Both the position numbers and the translations under genes were made by a program. This document shows positions 1-8,290 of a stretch of 34,861 bases of DNA, in pieces. The notes under the pieces are model-generated. The model was not told the DNA's origin. It searched no databases and saw nothing but the letters and a program-made list of their open reading frames with translations. The stretch covers positions 1-34,861 of IMG/VR virus record IMGVR_UViG_3300025777_000005; one strand, given 5' to 3'. Positions within the stretch are counted from its first letter, which is position 1. Every line of letters begins with the position of its first letter. This DNA is from a virus. Taxonomy: Duplodnaviria > Caudoviricetes.

Positions 1-360
1 CGGGACGCCTACGTGAAGCAGATCAAAAGGTCCGTTGAAGAACGTCTGACTGAGGGTAATCAAAGGATGTTTTTCGAGTTGAGAAAAGCTCTTTTGAACC
101 TGCGGTCAAGCGTGGAGCGCGTTAAGAATGACGGGAACCATGGGGCTTTTTATCAAAGCTCGGTGGACTCGTTGCTCGAACTTAGCGCGGCGATGAGCGA
201 ACTGAACATCACCAATGATCCGTTTTTGGATAAGGCTATCGCCGCCATTCAGACGGATTTCAATTCGCTCACGAGGGGCACGCTTCTATCATCCCCAGAT
301 GGGGCTGCGGGGGTGCTCAATAGGGTAGACGCCATCTTGAGCGACATTCCCCAATCCTAA
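1..360 (+). CDS. DUF3150-like phage protein, C-terminal part (5' truncated)
   Basis: Frame is open from base 1. The 'FYQSSVDSLLEL...LNITNDPFL' pattern and the position just upstream of a DUF2201/VWA gene match the usual phage arrangement. Confidence 0.55.
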   Translation, partial: RDAYVKQIKRSVEERLTEGNQRMFFELRKALLNLRSSVERVKNDGNHGAFYQSSVDSLLELSAAMSELNITNDPFLDKAIAAIQTDFNSLTRGTLLSSPDGAAGVLNRVDAILSDIPQS

Positions 361-365
361 TCCCA

Positions 366-397
366 GAGGGGGCGGCAGGACGATCTTGTCGCCCCTC
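366..397 (+). other. Intergenic GC-rich hairpin without U-tract
   Basis: GAGGGGGCGGCAGGA-CGA-TCTTGTCGCCCCTC pairs with G:U wobbles on the + strand. Confidence 0.5.
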
Positions 398-413
398 GCA
401 CATTCGCGGAGGC

Positions 414-1733
414 ATGGTCATGCAGAAAAAAGAGTGGGACACTGAGGCGCATAAGTTTGTTTTTAGCGCTGTGAGGGCGCTGATGGCCGTTGAGCCATTC
501 TATGCACGACTAGCGTTCGGGCTTCCTTGGGTGCAGAAGGACCTTAACGGTCTGCTGTACGTGACAAACGGTCACACAATTTTCTACGACCCCAAAATTG
601 TTAATGAAATTAAAGAAAAACGCGGCAGGGGCGAGTCGGTTTTTTACGAATTGACGCGCAAAAGTACTGGCCAACAAGAGATGAGTGCGTTTTATTTTTT
701 AGTTTCCAGCACATCCAGCATTATTGCGAAAGTGGCTCTCCGGCACGCCTTTAGGGCAGAGCGGATGGGCGAGAGCTATAAGAACGCCGCTATCGCAGCG
801 TCCGATTTATCCACCAAACACCTTGTGGTTAATCAGGACGGGCGGGAAAGTATTATTCCCTACAATTTTAACGGCAAGTTTGCGGATAAATTTGAGTGGG
901 GCGCAAAAAATATCTCTTTCGAGGGAATGGCGTATCAAGGGGATTATCTCATCGGGAAGGATGAAAAAATAAACCCCCTCGGCTGTGCCCCGTGTTTTCC
1001 AGAGGAAGATCCAAACAAGGGGGATAAGGGATCTGAGCCCCATGATTGTTTCGGCCAGCCGATGCCAGACGGCAAGGCGGGAGCGGGCAATATGAGCTCT
1101 GAGGAAATGAGGGGCGAGGTGCAGGACGCTATCGGGCAGGCCATGCACTCTGGGAAAATGGCGGGTGAGGAGCCCGGTAAACTTGAGGCGCAAGTTCAGG
1201 CGGACATGCTCGGAAAGCGTGACTGGCGAGATGTCTTGCGTAAATTTCTCGGCGGCGGGGCTATCCCAGAGCAATCATGGGCGCGGCCTAACCGCAGGTT
1301 TATCGCTGACGGGCTTTATCTTCCGGGCAATCCGAAAGAGGGTCCGGGTGAGATTGTTTTGGCGGTGGACACATCGGGCTCCGTGGATAACGCGCTACTG
1401 AATAAATTCATAGCCGAGGTCCGAAAAATAAACGAGGATATGCAGCCGGAGAAAATTTATCTCATTGTCTGCGATAACTGCATTCACTCCGTGACCGAGT
1501 TTGGACCTTATGACGAGGTAACATGCAAGGTTCAGGGTCGCGGTGGGACCGACTTCAAGCCCGTGTTCAGGTGGATACGGGATAATAACAAGACCCCGAA
1601 AGCGGTGGTTTATTTCACCGACCTTGAAGGTGATGCTGGCCCCCAGCAAAGGGGATATGAAACACTCTGGGTGGTTTGGCCCGGTGGAGAGACACAAGCC
1701 CCGTGGGGCGAATTGGTGATGATGGAGGATTAA
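414..1733 (+). CDS. DUF2201-family protein: degenerate metallopeptidase-like N-domain plus VWA domain
   Basis: 'DWRDVLRKF', 'SWARPNRR', MIDAS 'VDTSGS', 'GRGGTDF', 'YFTDLEG'. SD GGAGG upstream. Confidence 0.85.
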   Translation: MVMQKKEWDTEAHKFVFSAVRALMAVEPFYARLAFGLPWVQKDLNGLLYVTNGHTIFYDPKIVNEIKEKRGRGESVFYELTRKSTGQQEMSAFYFLVSSTSSIIAKVALRHAFRAERMGESYKNAAIAASDLSTKHLVVNQDGRESIIPYNFNGKFADKFEWGAKNISFEGMAYQGDYLIGKDEKINPLGCAPCFPEEDPNKGDKGSEPHDCFGQPMPDGKAGAGNMSSEEMRGEVQDAIGQAMHSGKMAGEEPGKLEAQVQADMLGKRDWRDVLRKFLGGGAIPEQSWARPNRRFIADGLYLPGNPKEGPGEIVLAVDTSGSVDNALLNKFIAEVRKINEDMQPEKIYLIVCDNCIHSVTEFGPYDEVTCKVQGRGGTDFKPVFRWIRDNNKTPKAVVYFTDLEGDAGPQQRGYETLWVVWPGGETQAPWGELVMMED

Positions 1734-2252
1734 ATGATTGATTCGCAGATGATCTTTTTTGCAACAGCCCCTATTGCATTTGCGATGGGGGATAGGTTTT
1801 GCGGCGGGGGGATGGGGTGGAACCCCGCATGGAAAGGGAGGCCTATTTATTATATGGGTCCGCTAATTATTTTCTATTGCCTCTCGTATCAGCATGGGAT
1901 TCTTGGCCTCGCATGGGTGTTCTGGAGGTCTTTTGCGTGGAAGGCGATCTTCAACGCATGTATCAACCCCCAGAATAGGCGGGAATTCCTCGCCCTTTCC
2001 GCGCGCCATTGCGCTTTTTTGTTGACGCCGTTTCTGGCTTGGTACACAATTGTGGAAATATTTTTTCAAATGGATCTTAGCTCCTTGGCCTTAAGGTCGG
2101 TCCTGTTTGTGGCGTCATTCTCAATTATTTCTGCGCTATACGGACTGTTCTGGGGGAAGATGTTCCCCAAAAAGGATTTAAATTCCACAGTGGAGTGGTC
2201 GAGGGGCATGTTATACGGCTCCCTCTGTGTCTTTTTCTTCTATCTTTGGTGA
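1734..2252 (+). CDS. Hypothetical multi-pass membrane protein
   Basis: Several hydrophobic segments. SD GGAGG; abuts the upstream stop. Confidence 0.7.
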   Translation: MIDSQMIFFATAPIAFAMGDRFCGGGMGWNPAWKGRPIYYMGPLIIFYCLSYQHGILGLAWVFWRSFAWKAIFNACINPQNRREFLALSARHCAFLLTPFLAWYTIVEIFFQMDLSSLALRSVLFVASFSIISALYGLFWGKMFPKKDLNSTVEWSRGMLYGSLCVFFFYLW

Positions 2253-2261
2253 GGTGAGGTA

Positions 2262-2618
2262 ATGACCCCGGAAAACGAAGCGCTGATCGCTGAGGCTGAG
2301 CGCTACATCGTCGCGACGTTCGACAACAGCGCGCACGAGGCGCGAATGCTGTCTGGCTTTATCGCCGCCCTCCGCGCAGCAGAGGCAGAAAACGCGGAAC
2401 TGCGTCGGCAGCGTGGTCACTTTATCCGTCAGATTGCAGAGCGGGACGCATGGATCGCAAACCCGCCGAAGCACGACTATTGGGGCGCGGGCGAACCGGA
2501 CTGTCCTCGCGAAATCAAAGCTGGAAACGGCGAGCTTCACACCCTGCGGTGCAGGGTCTGCGGCCTCGACAACCCGCGCGACAAAATCTGCCGCGCCCTT
2601 GGAGGTAGCAATGACTAG
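2262..2618 (+). CDS. Hypothetical phage protein (helical N-terminus, C-terminal Cys cluster CPRE..CRVC..C)
   Basis: SD GAGGT. 8-nt overlap with the next gene. Confidence 0.7.
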   Translation: MTPENEALIAEAERYIVATFDNSAHEARMLSGFIAALRAAEAENAELRRQRGHFIRQIAERDAWIANPPKHDYWGAGEPDCPREIKAGNGELHTLRCRVCGLDNPRDKICRALGGSND

Positions 2619-2856
2619 CCAGAGCAGAGACCTGATTGCTGAGGTTGAAAGCCGCATTCGTCACGGCGCGGCTATTCGCCCCGGTGAAGCGTTAGACAGT
2701 TGCAACCGCTTAATTGCCGCCCTCCGCGCTGCTGACGAGCGTGAGCGGGAGTTGGTCGAGGCGCTGACCGCGATTGCAACCGGCCCGATTGATCATCCAG
2801 TAGACGGACTTCTAAAGCGCCAAATTGCAGAGCAAGCCCTACGGGGGAATTCATGA
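2611..2856 (+). CDS. Hypothetical phage protein, N-terminus similar to the preceding gene
   Basis: Start moved to ATG 2611 (SD GGAGGT at 2601). Shares 'LIAExE...IAALRAA' with 2262..2618. Confidence 0.7.
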   Translation: MTSQSRDLIAEVESRIRHGAAIRPGEALDSCNRLIAALRAADERERELVEALTAIATGPIDHPVDGLLKRQIAEQALRGNS

Positions 2857-3071
2857 GCGAGACGCCCACAATCTTTAGCCGAATTGAACCCATTTCCCGC
2901 GAAATAATCGAAAAAGGAAAATTAGACAACGTGCTGGCGGCTTCCATCGCCATCAGCCTGAAGCGTATCGCTGACGCGCTGGAGCGGGAACGCCCTAACG
3001 TTGTGCGCAATGACATCGTCGAACCAAGATTTAGCGATGCAGATTTTGACGGGACGCGAGGCTATCTATGA
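2853..3071 (+). CDS. Hypothetical phage protein
   Basis: ATGA overlaps at both ends; 'SIAISLKRIADAL' helix. Confidence 0.7.
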   Translation: MSETPTIFSRIEPISREIIEKGKLDNVLAASIAISLKRIADALERERPNVVRNDIVEPRFSDADFDGTRGYL

Positions 3072-3343
3072 CCCCCGCTCTCCGACAATTCTTGGCCGAT
3101 TGGCTGGCATGGGCCGAGGCTGGAGCGCCGGAGCATCCGGTGTTTCATCGGCGGGGTGGGCTTTGCGTGCTTGCCTCGCGGGTTAGCTATTACCTGAACT
3201 CAGAACTTGAGGACGTATTTGACGAAATATTTTATCCGTTTGGAGGCTATGAAGAATATCATCGCCGGAGAATTGATGAAACCCAACACGAAAACCCCGC
3301 GCGCCGGGCGTGGGTCAGACAGCAGTTGGGGGTGGAGGGATGA
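3068..3343 (+). CDS. Hypothetical phage protein
   Basis: ATGA overlap with the upstream gene; plausible composition. Confidence 0.7.
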   Translation: MTPALRQFLADWLAWAEAGAPEHPVFHRRGGLCVLASRVSYYLNSELEDVFDEIFYPFGGYEEYHRRRIDETQHENPARRAWVRQQLGVEG

Positions 3344-3368
3344 CACACCTTACAAAGGAGAAGACAAA

Positions 3369-3554
3369 ATGAGCGCATTCGATGTAACAGGAGCGGTTTT
3401 GTCAAGTATGCTGACAATTTTGTTTTTCGCCTATTGCTTGACTTACAACGACAAAAACTGGGAGGATCAAGTAGTTTGGGCGGTTTGGATAGTTTTTATT
3501 AGCGCCGCGTGGTTTTCTTTTTGCGTCGCTAGGCTAATGGGAGCGCATTTATGA
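3369..3554 (+). CDS. Small two-TM membrane protein
   Basis: SD AAGGAG at 3355-3360, ATG 3369 (MSAFDV...), two hydrophobic helices. The longer start in the ORF track is unlikely. Confidence 0.65.
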   Translation: MSAFDVTGAVLSSMLTILFFAYCLTYNDKNWEDQVVWAVWIVFISAAWFSFCVARLMGAHL

Positions 3555-3588
3555 AAATAGAAAAAACAGCAGCCAAGGAGGGCGGGGA

Positions 3589-3873
3589 ATGACACACCGG
3601 ACGAGAGATGAATGGGAAGAAGTTACCTCTACCACTATGACCCTGTTTCAGGCGCGGCACGCCTTGCGGGACCTCGCCGAGCTTTTCGCAAAGGTTGAGG
3701 CGTTGGAAACGGAGAACGCAGCCCTCAAGGCGCAGGTAGCTGAGCGGGACGATGTAATCGCGAACTACTTGGACACGTTTGGTCTGCCGCCTGAAGTGAT
3801 CAAGATTCACTTAGAGGCGCTTGAGCGCGTTTTTCCGTGTCCTAACCTTAAAAAGGAGCCTGACAATGGATGA
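3589..3873 (+). CDS. Hypothetical coiled-coil phage protein
   Basis: SD GGAGGG; heptad-like 'VEALETENAALKAQVAERD'. Confidence 0.7.
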   Translation: MTHRTRDEWEEVTSTTMTLFQARHALRDLAELFAKVEALETENAALKAQVAERDDVIANYLDTFGLPPEVIKIHLEALERVFPCPNLKKEPDNG

Positions 3874-3988
3874 GATAAAATCATGTCCGTTTTGCGGGAA
3901 CGCACCATCGTTGCTTGAAACGAGCAATCACTCAACAGCCTATTCGGTGGAATGTTTGGATGAGCACCACCCTTACAAAGGAGCTTGA
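3866..3988 (+). pseudogene. Truncated Lar-family (restriction alleviation) Zn-ribbon ORF, 40 aa
   Basis: Manual translation MDEIKSCPFCGNAPSLLETSNHSTAYSVECLDEHHPYKGA*. Has SD AAGGAG and the CPFCG signature, but the second Cys pair and C-terminal helix are missing. Confidence 0.55.
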
Positions 3989-3991
3989 CCA

Positions 3992-4186
3992 GTGAAATAT
4001 CGCATTACATCACAGGGATGGGAAAAAGTGTCTGAAGACGCCGACCCAGACTGGCAATCCATCGCGACGGATCTGGCGCAGGTCATTCAAGTCACATTTG
4101 AAGCGCCAATTACCGATCCGAAAGCGTGGGTCGAAAAGGCGAACGCAGCTCTAGACCGCTTCCGTGCGGCAGGAAGCGTGTTGTGA
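3992..4186 (+). CDS. Hypothetical phage protein
   Basis: GTG start with SD AAGGAG at 3978-3983. Confidence 0.65.
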   Translation: MKYRITSQGWEKVSEDADPDWQSIATDLAQVIQVTFEAPITDPKAWVEKANAALDRFRAAGSVL

Positions 4187-4437
4187 GCCAGCCGATGACC
4201 ACGCTTAGAGAGAAGATCGCGCTTCTGATAGACGCATCGCGCGTTTTGCGAAATGGCGAAATGATTATCGCGCCCGATCAAGCCGCCGTCGCCATTCTCG
4301 CCGCCGTGATTGAGCACGCGACGAGCGATGAGGCGCAAAAGCGCATTCGCAAAGCTCACATAGCCGGACTGACCCAACCGGAAGGAATGTATGTTTTTTA
4401 TGAAAGCATCATCCGCGCCGCCATAGGGGGCGAGTGA
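4183..4437 (+). CDS. Hypothetical phage protein
   Basis: GTGA overlap start at 4183 (alternative ATG 4195); overlaps the next start. Confidence 0.6.
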   Translation: MSQPMTTLREKIALLIDASRVLRNGEMIIAPDQAAVAILAAVIEHATSDEAQKRIRKAHIAGLTQPEGMYVFYESIIRAAIGGE

Positions 4438-4784
4438 TGACACGAGAGGAGGCCATTAGGCAATTAACCCATTTACGTGATTTTGAAGATTGGGGCTATA
4501 AGCGCGAGGCAAATATTGAGGCCGCGCTCAACCTTGCCGTTGAAGCTCTGAGCGCAGCGCCGCCGCCGCCGAGGCAAGGATGGCGGACCATCGACAGCGT
4601 TAAGAGGGATGGAAGGGCGTTTTTGGCTTTGGGAACACTTCACCAAAACGGTTGGCTGATGGGCGAATATACGGGCCGTTATATCGCATGGTGGGACAAA
4701 GAAACTGAAAGTTTTGTTTGCGCGGAGCTTGGCGGTTTTGCGCCTACTTACTGGATGCCGTTACCGGAGCCGCCTAATGACTGA
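4434..4784 (+). CDS. DUF551-domain protein
   Basis: 'GWRTIDS...PTYWMPLPEPP' is the DUF551 signature. Confidence 0.8.
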   Translation: MMTREEAIRQLTHLRDFEDWGYKREANIEAALNLAVEALSAAPPPPRQGWRTIDSVKRDGRAFLALGTLHQNGWLMGEYTGRYIAWWDKETESFVCAELGGFAPTYWMPLPEPPND

Positions 4785-5061
4785 CAGGCAACCAACCGTA
4801 ATTATCCGATATGATGAGGATGGGGACATTTCCTATCACGTTCATGGGGATGTGCGGTTTTTTATCATCGACGAACAATGTCCTCATGATAGGGTGTATG
4901 AATATCGGGCGAGGGATGACGAGCAATCTGTCCGGAATATATTAGGCCCAGAACCATACGGGCATTCAGGCGATGAGAGACACGCGGCTCTTGTTGCTAG
5001 AGTGGAGGCTTATGTGAAGGGGGATTGCTACTTGAAAATTGTGGAGGATGAACATGATTAA
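4777..5061 (+). CDS. Hypothetical phage protein
   Basis: ATG 4777 with SD GGAG; 8-nt overlap with the upstream gene. Confidence 0.65.
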   Translation: MTDRQPTVIIRYDEDGDISYHVHGDVRFFIIDEQCPHDRVYEYRARDDEQSVRNILGPEPYGHSGDERHAALVARVEAYVKGDCYLKIVEDEHD

Positions 5062-5281
5062 TGTAGTTATCAGCGGAATTGAGATTGCTTGTCTTGCGTA
5101 TTTGCTAGTGTGGTCTATCACGTTCATTATTATTCTAGCTGGGAATTTCCTTGTTCAAAAAGAAAACAGATTGCCGTTAAAGATAATGGTGTGGGCTTGC
5201 AATAGGTGGCCAGTTACCTTTCCGCAGATTATTCAAGCATATATATTGCGGGGCAAGATTAAGGCCCGCTCACGCGGTTAA
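5054..5281 (+). CDS. Small membrane protein
   Basis: SD GGAGGA at 5043; long hydrophobic N-terminus and basic tail. Confidence 0.6.
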   Translation: MINVVISGIEIACLAYLLVWSITFIIILAGNFLVQKENRLPLKIMVWACNRWPVTFPQIIQAYILRGKIKARSRG

Positions 5282-5322
5282 ATAATTGTGACTATCTTCC
5301 CGCCTTTAAGGGGGTGTGATAT

Positions 5323-5352
5323 AAGGGGCTTGCCTAATAGGGAGCCCCTTTT
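5323..5352 (+). promoter_or_regulatory. Hairpin covering the SD of the glycosyltransferase (terminator or translational operator)
   Basis: AAGGGGCT (5323-5330) pairs with AGCCCCTT (5343-5350). AGGGAG lies in the stem; ATG at 5355. Confidence 0.5.
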
Positions 5353-5354
5353 CC

Positions 5355-6260
5355 ATGCCAATTAATGCATCTGACCTTCACGTCATTGGGGTGATCTCAA
5401 ACCCCATTCGATATAAATCCCGTGTTCGGCTCGCCAAGGAATGGCTGGAGCGAATGGAAAAATCAGGCGCTCAAATATGGCTTGTTGAGGCCGTGTTTGG
5501 TGAGCGCGATCCTGAGGTGGCGGATACCTCAAACCCCCGCCATTTAATCGTGCGGTGTGATCATGAGATCTGGCTCAAGGAAGCCCTTATTAATAAGGGT
5601 GTGAGACTGCTCCCGTCAGACTGGAAATATATGATGTGGTGCGATGCGGATGTGGAATTCACCCGCGATGAATGGGCCAGTGAGACTGTTCATGGCCTTC
5701 AACATTACGCCACTCTTCAGCCATGGTCCCATTGCGTTGATATGGGTCCCAACAAAGAGATCATCACCACCCACTCTGGATTTGGCTATATGTATAGCCA
5801 AGGCCTTCCCTTCACGCCCGGTCAGGGAACCTTCTGGCACCCCGGCTTCGCACATGCCTATAGGCGCGGCGCATTTGATGCTGTGGGCGGGTTGATTGAT
5901 CGGGCGGTACTTGGGGCCGCTGACCACCACATGGCTGCGGCGCTGATCGGCAAAGGGGACTGGACGGTCCCCGGCGATATTAATCCCGCTTACATGCAGA
6001 TGGTGAAAGACTGGCAGACGCGCGCGGACAAGCTTCAAGGCGATCTCGGATGTGTTGAGGGAACAATCCTTCATCATTATCACGGGAAAAAAGAAAATCG
6101 GAAGTACGTGGAGCGCTGGCAGATCCTGAAGGACAACAATTTCAACCCCAACACCGACCTTTCTCTTGACTGGCAGGGCCTCCCCCAGCTTAATGGAAAC
6201 AAGCCCAAGCTACGGGATGATCTCCGGCGCTACTTTCGGGAACGCCGAGAGGACGGTTGA
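5355..6260 (+). CDS. GT-A fold glycosyltransferase
   Basis: 'WLKEALINKG', DxD motif 'WCDADV', 'HPGFA..YRR..FDAVGG', 'GAADH', 'ILHHYHG'. Confidence 0.75.
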   Translation: MPINASDLHVIGVISNPIRYKSRVRLAKEWLERMEKSGAQIWLVEAVFGERDPEVADTSNPRHLIVRCDHEIWLKEALINKGVRLLPSDWKYMMWCDADVEFTRDEWASETVHGLQHYATLQPWSHCVDMGPNKEIITTHSGFGYMYSQGLPFTPGQGTFWHPGFAHAYRRGAFDAVGGLIDRAVLGAADHHMAAALIGKGDWTVPGDINPAYMQMVKDWQTRADKLQGDLGCVEGTILHHYHGKKENRKYVERWQILKDNNFNPNTDLSLDWQGLPQLNGNKPKLRDDLRRYFRERREDG

Positions 6261-6276
6261 AAAATTCAACAACATG

Positions 6277-6310
6277 AAGGGGGTGTCTAGCGGATAGATA
6301 CCCCCTTTAA
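6277..6310. terminator. Probable bidirectional intrinsic terminator
   Basis: AAGGGGGTGTCTA-GCGGA-TAGATACCCCCTT between convergent genes. Confidence 0.75.
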
Positions 6311-6334
6311 TTTGGGGGACATCATGCAATTGAT

Positions 6335-6916
6335 TCACCCATAAACAAAATTCCACCCGACCAAATTGCCCCGAGTCGTTATAGGGCCACGCATTGATCG
6401 CAATATCTTTATGGCCTGCGAATAAGAGAAATTGTTTTTTGTGCAGAAATTTTTGAGCCCGCCCCTTATCGTGGTTTTTTCTTTTTGGGGGGAAATTGCA
6501 ATTATTATTCTTGCGCGGGGATTTTTTTCGCCAGCCACATTTGCATGGTTTTTCGAAATTTTTTCTCTGGTTTGTGGCGTTCTTTTTGTTCCCCAGAGCG
6601 GATGTTCGCATCCGCTTAAAGAGGGAAAACTTCCACCACCCGGATGAGAATTTAGGCCACAAAAACGAGAATTAAATTCACTAATAAAATAAATTTCCAT
6701 TTCCAAGCAATGAAATTTATCTTTAGTTTGGAATATAATTTCCCAAGTTAAATCTTCGAACCCATATTTTTTTATGTGATTGTAAAATTTGCATCTTGTG
6801 TCTTTTTGAGCCTTACTTTTATGCGTGGCCATCCTGCGCCACAACGGAGTGGATGTATACCCTATATAAATAAGTCCCGTCTGCGTGCTGGTGGCTTTGT
6901 ATATTGAATAAACCAT
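6335..6916 (-). CDS. Free-standing GIY-YIG homing endonuclease with NUMOD3-type motif
   Basis: 'SIYKATSTQTGLIYIGYT', conserved R ('RRMATH') and E ('MEIYFI'), 'WGTKRTPQTREKIS..GEKNP'. AT-rich and opposite to its neighbours. Confidence 0.9.
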   Translation of the reverse strand: MVYSIYKATSTQTGLIYIGYTSTPLWRRMATHKSKAQKDTRCKFYNHIKKYGFEDLTWEIIFQTKDKFHCLEMEIYFISEFNSRFCGLNSHPGGGSFPSLSGCEHPLWGTKRTPQTREKISKNHANVAGEKNPRARIIIAISPQKEKTTIRGGLKNFCTKNNFSYSQAIKILRSMRGPITTRGNLVGWNFVYG

Positions 6917-6930
6917 TTTATCATTTCGTG

Positions 6931-6959
6931 TTGCCTAACTCTTACTTGAATGTTATAGT
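6931..6959 (+). promoter_or_regulatory. Sigma70-type promoter
   Basis: TTGCCT-N17-TATAGT with extended -10 TG, upstream of the phosphoesterase. Confidence 0.7.
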
Positions 6960-6992
6960 GTTTGAGATGTTCTGTTAAATCGGGGGTGGCTA

Positions 6993-7802
6993 ATGAAAAT
7001 TCATGTGTTGAGCGACTTGCACTTAGAAGTTTCTGATATGCCAGACAGCTATCAACCGCCCGATTGCGATGTTGTAGTTTTGGCGGGTGACATATGTAAT
7101 GGCACGCAAGAGGGGGGGCTTAGGGGGCTGAATTGGGCGGCAAAAACTTTTTCCGTGCCAATAATTATGGTGGCTGGAAATCATTCTTTTTACGGTTGCG
7201 GGGATATGAACGCCCACATCTTAAAGCTTCAAGCCCATGCGGCAAAACTCCGTGAGGCTGGAAAGGAAATTCATTTCCTTGAGCGGGGGCATGTTGTAAT
7301 CGACGGCGTGTATTTTTTGGGCTGCACCATGTGGACCGATTTTAATCTGTACGGGAATCGTGTCTCGGCTAAACGAGAAGCCTTCCATCACATGAATGAT
7401 TACCACAAAATTCGTGTGGGTCCGGATCATCACAAATTAAATCCCGCCTACATTGCAGAAATTAACGACCGATCCTTCACGTGGCTAAAGAATTCCATGG
7501 GCTCAATTCAAACCGCCTTGGGGGATGTTCCCATGGTGGTCGTGACGCACCATGCACCCAGCCCGAAAAGCATTCATCCCAAATACGGAAACGACCCAAC
7601 CAACGTCTATTACGCCTCTGACTACGAGGATATGATCAGGGAGTATAAGCCTAACCTATGGGTTCACGGGCATATGCATGATAACTCTGATTATACGATT
7701 GACGCCACCCGTGTTGTGGCCAATCCTAGAGGGTATGCTCATCGGCTGCGGGATGTGCAGGAGAATGAGTATTGGAATCCCAGATTCATTGTGGAGGTAT
7801 AG
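6993..7802 (+). CDS. Calcineurin-like metallophosphoesterase
   Basis: SDLHLE, LAGDI, AGNH, VTHHAP and VHGHMH motifs. Confidence 0.92.
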   Translation: MKIHVLSDLHLEVSDMPDSYQPPDCDVVVLAGDICNGTQEGGLRGLNWAAKTFSVPIIMVAGNHSFYGCGDMNAHILKLQAHAAKLREAGKEIHFLERGHVVIDGVYFLGCTMWTDFNLYGNRVSAKREAFHHMNDYHKIRVGPDHHKLNPAYIAEINDRSFTWLKNSMGSIQTALGDVPMVVVTHHAPSPKSIHPKYGNDPTNVYYASDYEDMIREYKPNLWVHGHMHDNSDYTIDATRVVANPRGYAHRLRDVQENEYWNPRFIVEV

Positions 7803-8105
7803 ATGACCGGTAAGCTGAGCGAGCTTTTAGATAGTCCCGAATGGCAACAATTGCAGGTCGATATAGCGGCTGCAAAAGAGAAGCAAGAGGCGCGCATCAA
7901 CGCCAAATGGGAAGCTATGTCCCCCGATGATCAACAGGATATGTTCTACGCCGTTGTTCAAAGGATCGTGGAAGGTGAGCTCGTTGATAAGGGCTCATAT
8001 CGATACGTGCTTTACGACACGTTTGGTTGGGGTCCTGAGGCCTATTGGATGGGCATGGATTGTGGGTTCATGGAACTGCACAATTCCATTGATGCGGGGG
8101 ATTGA
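7803..8105 (+). CDS. Hypothetical phage protein
   Basis: SD GGAGGT; 'GSYRYVLYDTFGWGPEAY..GM..G...LHN'. Confidence 0.75.
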   Translation: MTGKLSELLDSPEWQQLQVDIAAAKEKQEARINAKWEAMSPDDQQDMFYAVVQRIVEGELVDKGSYRYVLYDTFGWGPEAYWMGMDCGFMELHNSIDAGD

Positions 8106-8284
8106 CCATGTTGCGATGGCTCTGGAATATAATTGTTGGCCAGTGGGGTTGTGATCATCATTGGGAAATTATCAAACAGGTTAATATAATGGAGGATGAA
8201 AGCTCCAAGCGACCAATAGGATATAAGTACATCCTCCGATGCGAGAAATGCGGGGATATAAAATTTAAAAAGGCGATGAATTAA
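8102..8284 (+). CDS. Small hypothetical protein with CxH / CxxC pairs
   Basis: 'GCDHHW...YILRCEKCG'; start is TTG 8102 or ATG 8108. Confidence 0.65.
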   Translation: MTMLRWLWNIIVGQWGCDHHWEIIKQVNIMEDESSKRPIGYKYILRCEKCGDIKFKKAMN

Positions 8285-8290
8285 TATATC

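Noticed and set aside
2413-2610. Long upstream extension of ORF 2413..2856 (likewise the 3207, 4126, 4714 and 19798 starts)
   Set aside because: They overlap real upstream genes; SD-supported internal starts fit the coupling pattern.
7175-7186. GNHS instead of GNH(D/E) in the phosphoesterase as a sign of a new activity
   Set aside because: All metal ligands are intact, and a single substitution is too weak to support a claim.
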